64,000 bases of DNA. Origin: an uncultured Verrucomicrobiae bacterium (lineage in GTDB: Bacteria; Verrucomicrobiota; Verrucomicrobiia; Chthoniobacterales; UBA10450). The stretch covers positions 864,001 through 928,000 of the forward strand of contig CAWFGO010000001.1 in assembly GCA_963815455.1 (NCBI GenBank), written 5' to 3'. Shown in pieces: positions 62,001 through 64,000 of the stretch; position 1 is the first letter of the stretch; each line of letters opens with the position of its first letter. The notes under the pieces are model-generated. The model was given only the letters and a program-made list of their open reading frames with translations, was not told where the DNA came from and made no database searches. Both the position numbers and the translations under genes were made by a program.

Positions 62001-62435
62001 ATGAAACAAACCAGATTAATGAAAATATTGGCGGCAGGCGCGGCTTGCGCTTTTGCCATTAGCAGTGTGTTCGCTCAAGGAACGACCACGACCAGGACAA
62101 CTACGACAGATCCCGCGACCGGGACGACGACAACTGCGTCGACAACGACCAGTTCCGCCGGAACGATCGTGAGCACAGTGCCGGACTCGGATTACATTAC
62201 CTTCCGCACCACAACCAGTGCGGAGCCGGTCCGATATTATTACACCAAGAAGACAACCATCGTTGACCCGACAGGTCGCACTGTGACCTGGTCGGACGTC
62301 CGCCCGGATATGCCGGCGACGGTTTATTACGCCAACGAAGGCGATCGGGTGGTTGTGCGCAGGGTTGTGTTGAGTCAACCGGTGACGATCGAGAAGAAGA
62401 CCACGACCACTACGACGACTCATCACGAGGATTAA
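62001..62435 (+). CDS. Hypothetical secreted Thr-rich protein
   Basis: Signal peptide (…SVFAQ), Thr tracts flanking a small beta domain; RBS-like AGAGGG upstream. Confidence 0.72.
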   Translation: MKQTRLMKILAAGAACAFAISSVFAQGTTTTRTTTTDPATGTTTTASTTTSSAGTIVSTVPDSDYITFRTTTSAEPVRYYYTKKTTIVDPTGRTVTWSDVRPDMPATVYYANEGDRVVVRRVVLSQPVTIEKKTTTTTTTHHED

Positions 62436-62472
62436 AATGTAACACTCGTCCTGCGGGACGATGTGCAAATTC

Positions 62473-62510
62473 AAGGCGCTCGCGGAGCAATCTGCGAGCG
62501 CCTTTGTTTT
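62473..62510 (+). terminator. Rho-independent terminator candidate between convergent genes
   Basis: AAGGCGCTCGCGG-AGCAAT-CTGCGAGCGCCTT followed by TGTTTT. Confidence 0.6.
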
Positions 62511-62522
62511 GTCAGAATAATG

Positions 62523-62546
62523 CGACGGTCGGAGACCGCCGCTACA
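62523..62546 (-). repeat. GTAG-tagged REP just after the galE stop
   Basis: TGTAGCGGCGGTCTCCGACCGTCG, same family as 44983-45050. Confidence 0.75.
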
Positions 62547-62549
62547 GAA

Positions 62550-63521
62550 TTAGTCGCCGTAGCCGCGGGGAAATTTCTGGTGCCATGTCCAGGCGCTTTC
62601 GATGATGGCGTCGAGCGATTGAAACTGCGGCTGCCAGCCAAGTCCCTTTTTGATTTTTTCTGAGGAGGCAATCAATCGCGGTGGATCGCCGGGGCGCCGC
62701 GGTTTTTCGACGATGTCGATCTTACGGCCTGTAATCTTGCGGCAGCACTCGATCACTTCACGAACGCTGGATCCTCCGCCGGTGCCCAGATTGTAGAAGT
62801 CGCTACTGCCAGCATCGAGGGCCAGAATATGGGCCCGGGCCAGATCGGCGATGTGAATGTAATCGCGGACGCAAGTCCCGTCCGGCGTTTCATAATCGGT
62901 GCCGTAAATCTCCACGTGCGGTTTTTGCCCGAGCGCGACCTGAAGCACGTTGGGAATGAGATGAGTTTCAAGCCGATGATCCTCGCCGAATTTTGCCGAA
63001 GCGCCGGCGGCGTTGAAATAGCGCAGCGAAACAAATCGCAAAGCGTGAATCTCGTCGTACCAGCGCAAGATTTTTTCGAACGCGAGCTTTGATTCGCCGT
63101 AGGGATTGATCGGGCGGGCCGGCATGCTCTCGTCGATCGGAACCCGTTCCGGCGGGCCGAAGATGGCGCAGGTGGATGAAAAGACGAGGCGCTTTACACC
63201 GGTCGCGACCATTGCATCGAGCAGGTTCAAGCCATTGGCGATGTTGTTGCGAAAATATTTCGAAGGGTTCTGCATCGATTCGCCTACGAGCGCGTTAGCG
63301 GCGAATTGCATGACAGCGTCCGGGCGCACGCTGGCCAGGGCCGACTCGATCGCTTGTCGATCCTGCAATTCGCCCTCGATGAATCGCGCACGCGGATCGA
63401 CGGCAGCGCGATGGCCTTCGCTCAGGTTATCGAAGATCGCCACATCGTGGCCTTCATCGAGAAGAATCTCCGAGCAAATGCTGCCGATGTATCCGGCCCC
63501 GCCGACAACAAAAATCTTCAT
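62550..63521 (-). CDS. galE: UDP-glucose 4-epimerase
   Basis: GGAGYIGS, FSSTCA, YGESK (YxxxK), LRYFNAAG, DGTCVRDYIH, RRPGDP. Confidence 0.95.
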   Translation of the reverse strand: MKIFVVGGAGYIGSICSEILLDEGHDVAIFDNLSEGHRAAVDPRARFIEGELQDRQAIESALASVRPDAVMQFAANALVGESMQNPSKYFRNNIANGLNLLDAMVATGVKRLVFSSTCAIFGPPERVPIDESMPARPINPYGESKLAFEKILRWYDEIHALRFVSLRYFNAAGASAKFGEDHRLETHLIPNVLQVALGQKPHVEIYGTDYETPDGTCVRDYIHIADLARAHILALDAGSSDFYNLGTGGGSSVREVIECCRKITGRKIDIVEKPRRPGDPPRLIASSEKIKKGLGWQPQFQSLDAIIESAWTWHQKFPRGYGD

Positions 63522-63554
63522 GCGCCGGGAAAGTGCGGCGCGATTCGCGTTAAA

Positions 63555-64000
63555 TCAACGCGAAGCGCGGGAAGAAGTCTGGGCAACACTGTTCCCTCGT
63601 TTTTTCTCGAGGGCGATTATCATCCGTCGAACGGAACGATGTTTGGCTCGCGGCGCCAGGACCTTGAGACTCGCTTCCTCCGAGCCCCACTGAACGATGT
63701 CAATATCGACATGGCGCATGCCCCAGCGTCTCATATCGAGCCGGCTTGGTTTGTAGAGGTCGATGGTGTTCGTCCCGATGAGTGCCGTTCCGTAATCGTC
63801 GATGATGTATTCCTCATTGGTTCCGGCAATTCTAAAACGCGTGCCGAGCGGGAAGCGCGACCAATCCGAGGCGGCGCTCATGACGTGATGTCCCGAAAGA
63901 CGTTTGCCCAGCGCGTTACGCCGGCCGCCTTGTTCGGTATGCGTGTAGGCCGTCGTCCGGACTTTCGGCATGTGACGGAGACTCGTAGCAGCAGTCGGAT
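63555..64000 (-). CDS. 3D-domain protein (peptidoglycan-active, MltA-like fold), 5' end outside window
   Basis: VRTTAY, SAASDWSRFPLGT, IDDYG, TIDLY (three conserved Asp). Confidence 0.78.
   Translation of the reverse strand, partial: PTAATSLRHMPKVRTTAYTHTEQGGRRNALGKRLSGHHVMSAASDWSRFPLGTRFRIAGTNEEYIIDDYGTALIGTNTIDLYKPSRLDMRRWGMRHVDIDIVQWGSEEASLKVLAPRAKHRSVRRMIIALEKKRGNSVAQTSSRASR

Overview
A 64-kb GC-rich bacterial chromosome segment. Gene content and style suggest Verrucomicrobiota, Chthoniobacterales/Spartobacteria-like (inference, not tested). Left end (1-5.1 kb): a proteasome-type AAA ATPase running off the window, a GNAT, an orphan PGM1-like ATP-grasp ligase, tRNA-Asp(GTC) and a DUF3494/ice-binding-like secreted protein. 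From 5.3 to 33.5 kb lies a large Wzx/Wzy exopolysaccharide locus: O-antigen-ligase-like gene, OM beta-barrel, short OPX, Wzc, priming transferase, AsnB-type amidotransferase, GT2/GT4 enzymes, methyl-, acetyl- and carbamoyltransferases, and a WecB/TagA GT. It is linked to an exosortase, a four-helix-bundle gene and a TPR protein. From 33.5 to 64 kb are mostly housekeeping genes (mrdA, uvrC, folD, ubiX, mtnP, miaB, dnaN, dnaA, def, exbBD/tonB-like, OGG1-like glycosylase, aspS, hisS, galE). Many genes carry 1-2 bp indels, probably long-read errors, and two EPS genes lack their 5' halves. The most unusual signal is non-genic. Several distinct families of miniature palindromic elements and heptamer arrays insert in-frame into conserved proteins (UvrC, OGG1-like x3, MiaB, GT9, exosortase), nest inside each other and supply stop codons. 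Inverted heptamer arrays also bracket the four-helix-bundle gene. No transposase, integrase, reverse transcriptase or CRISPR array was seen. All family assignments come from motif recognition, without database searches.
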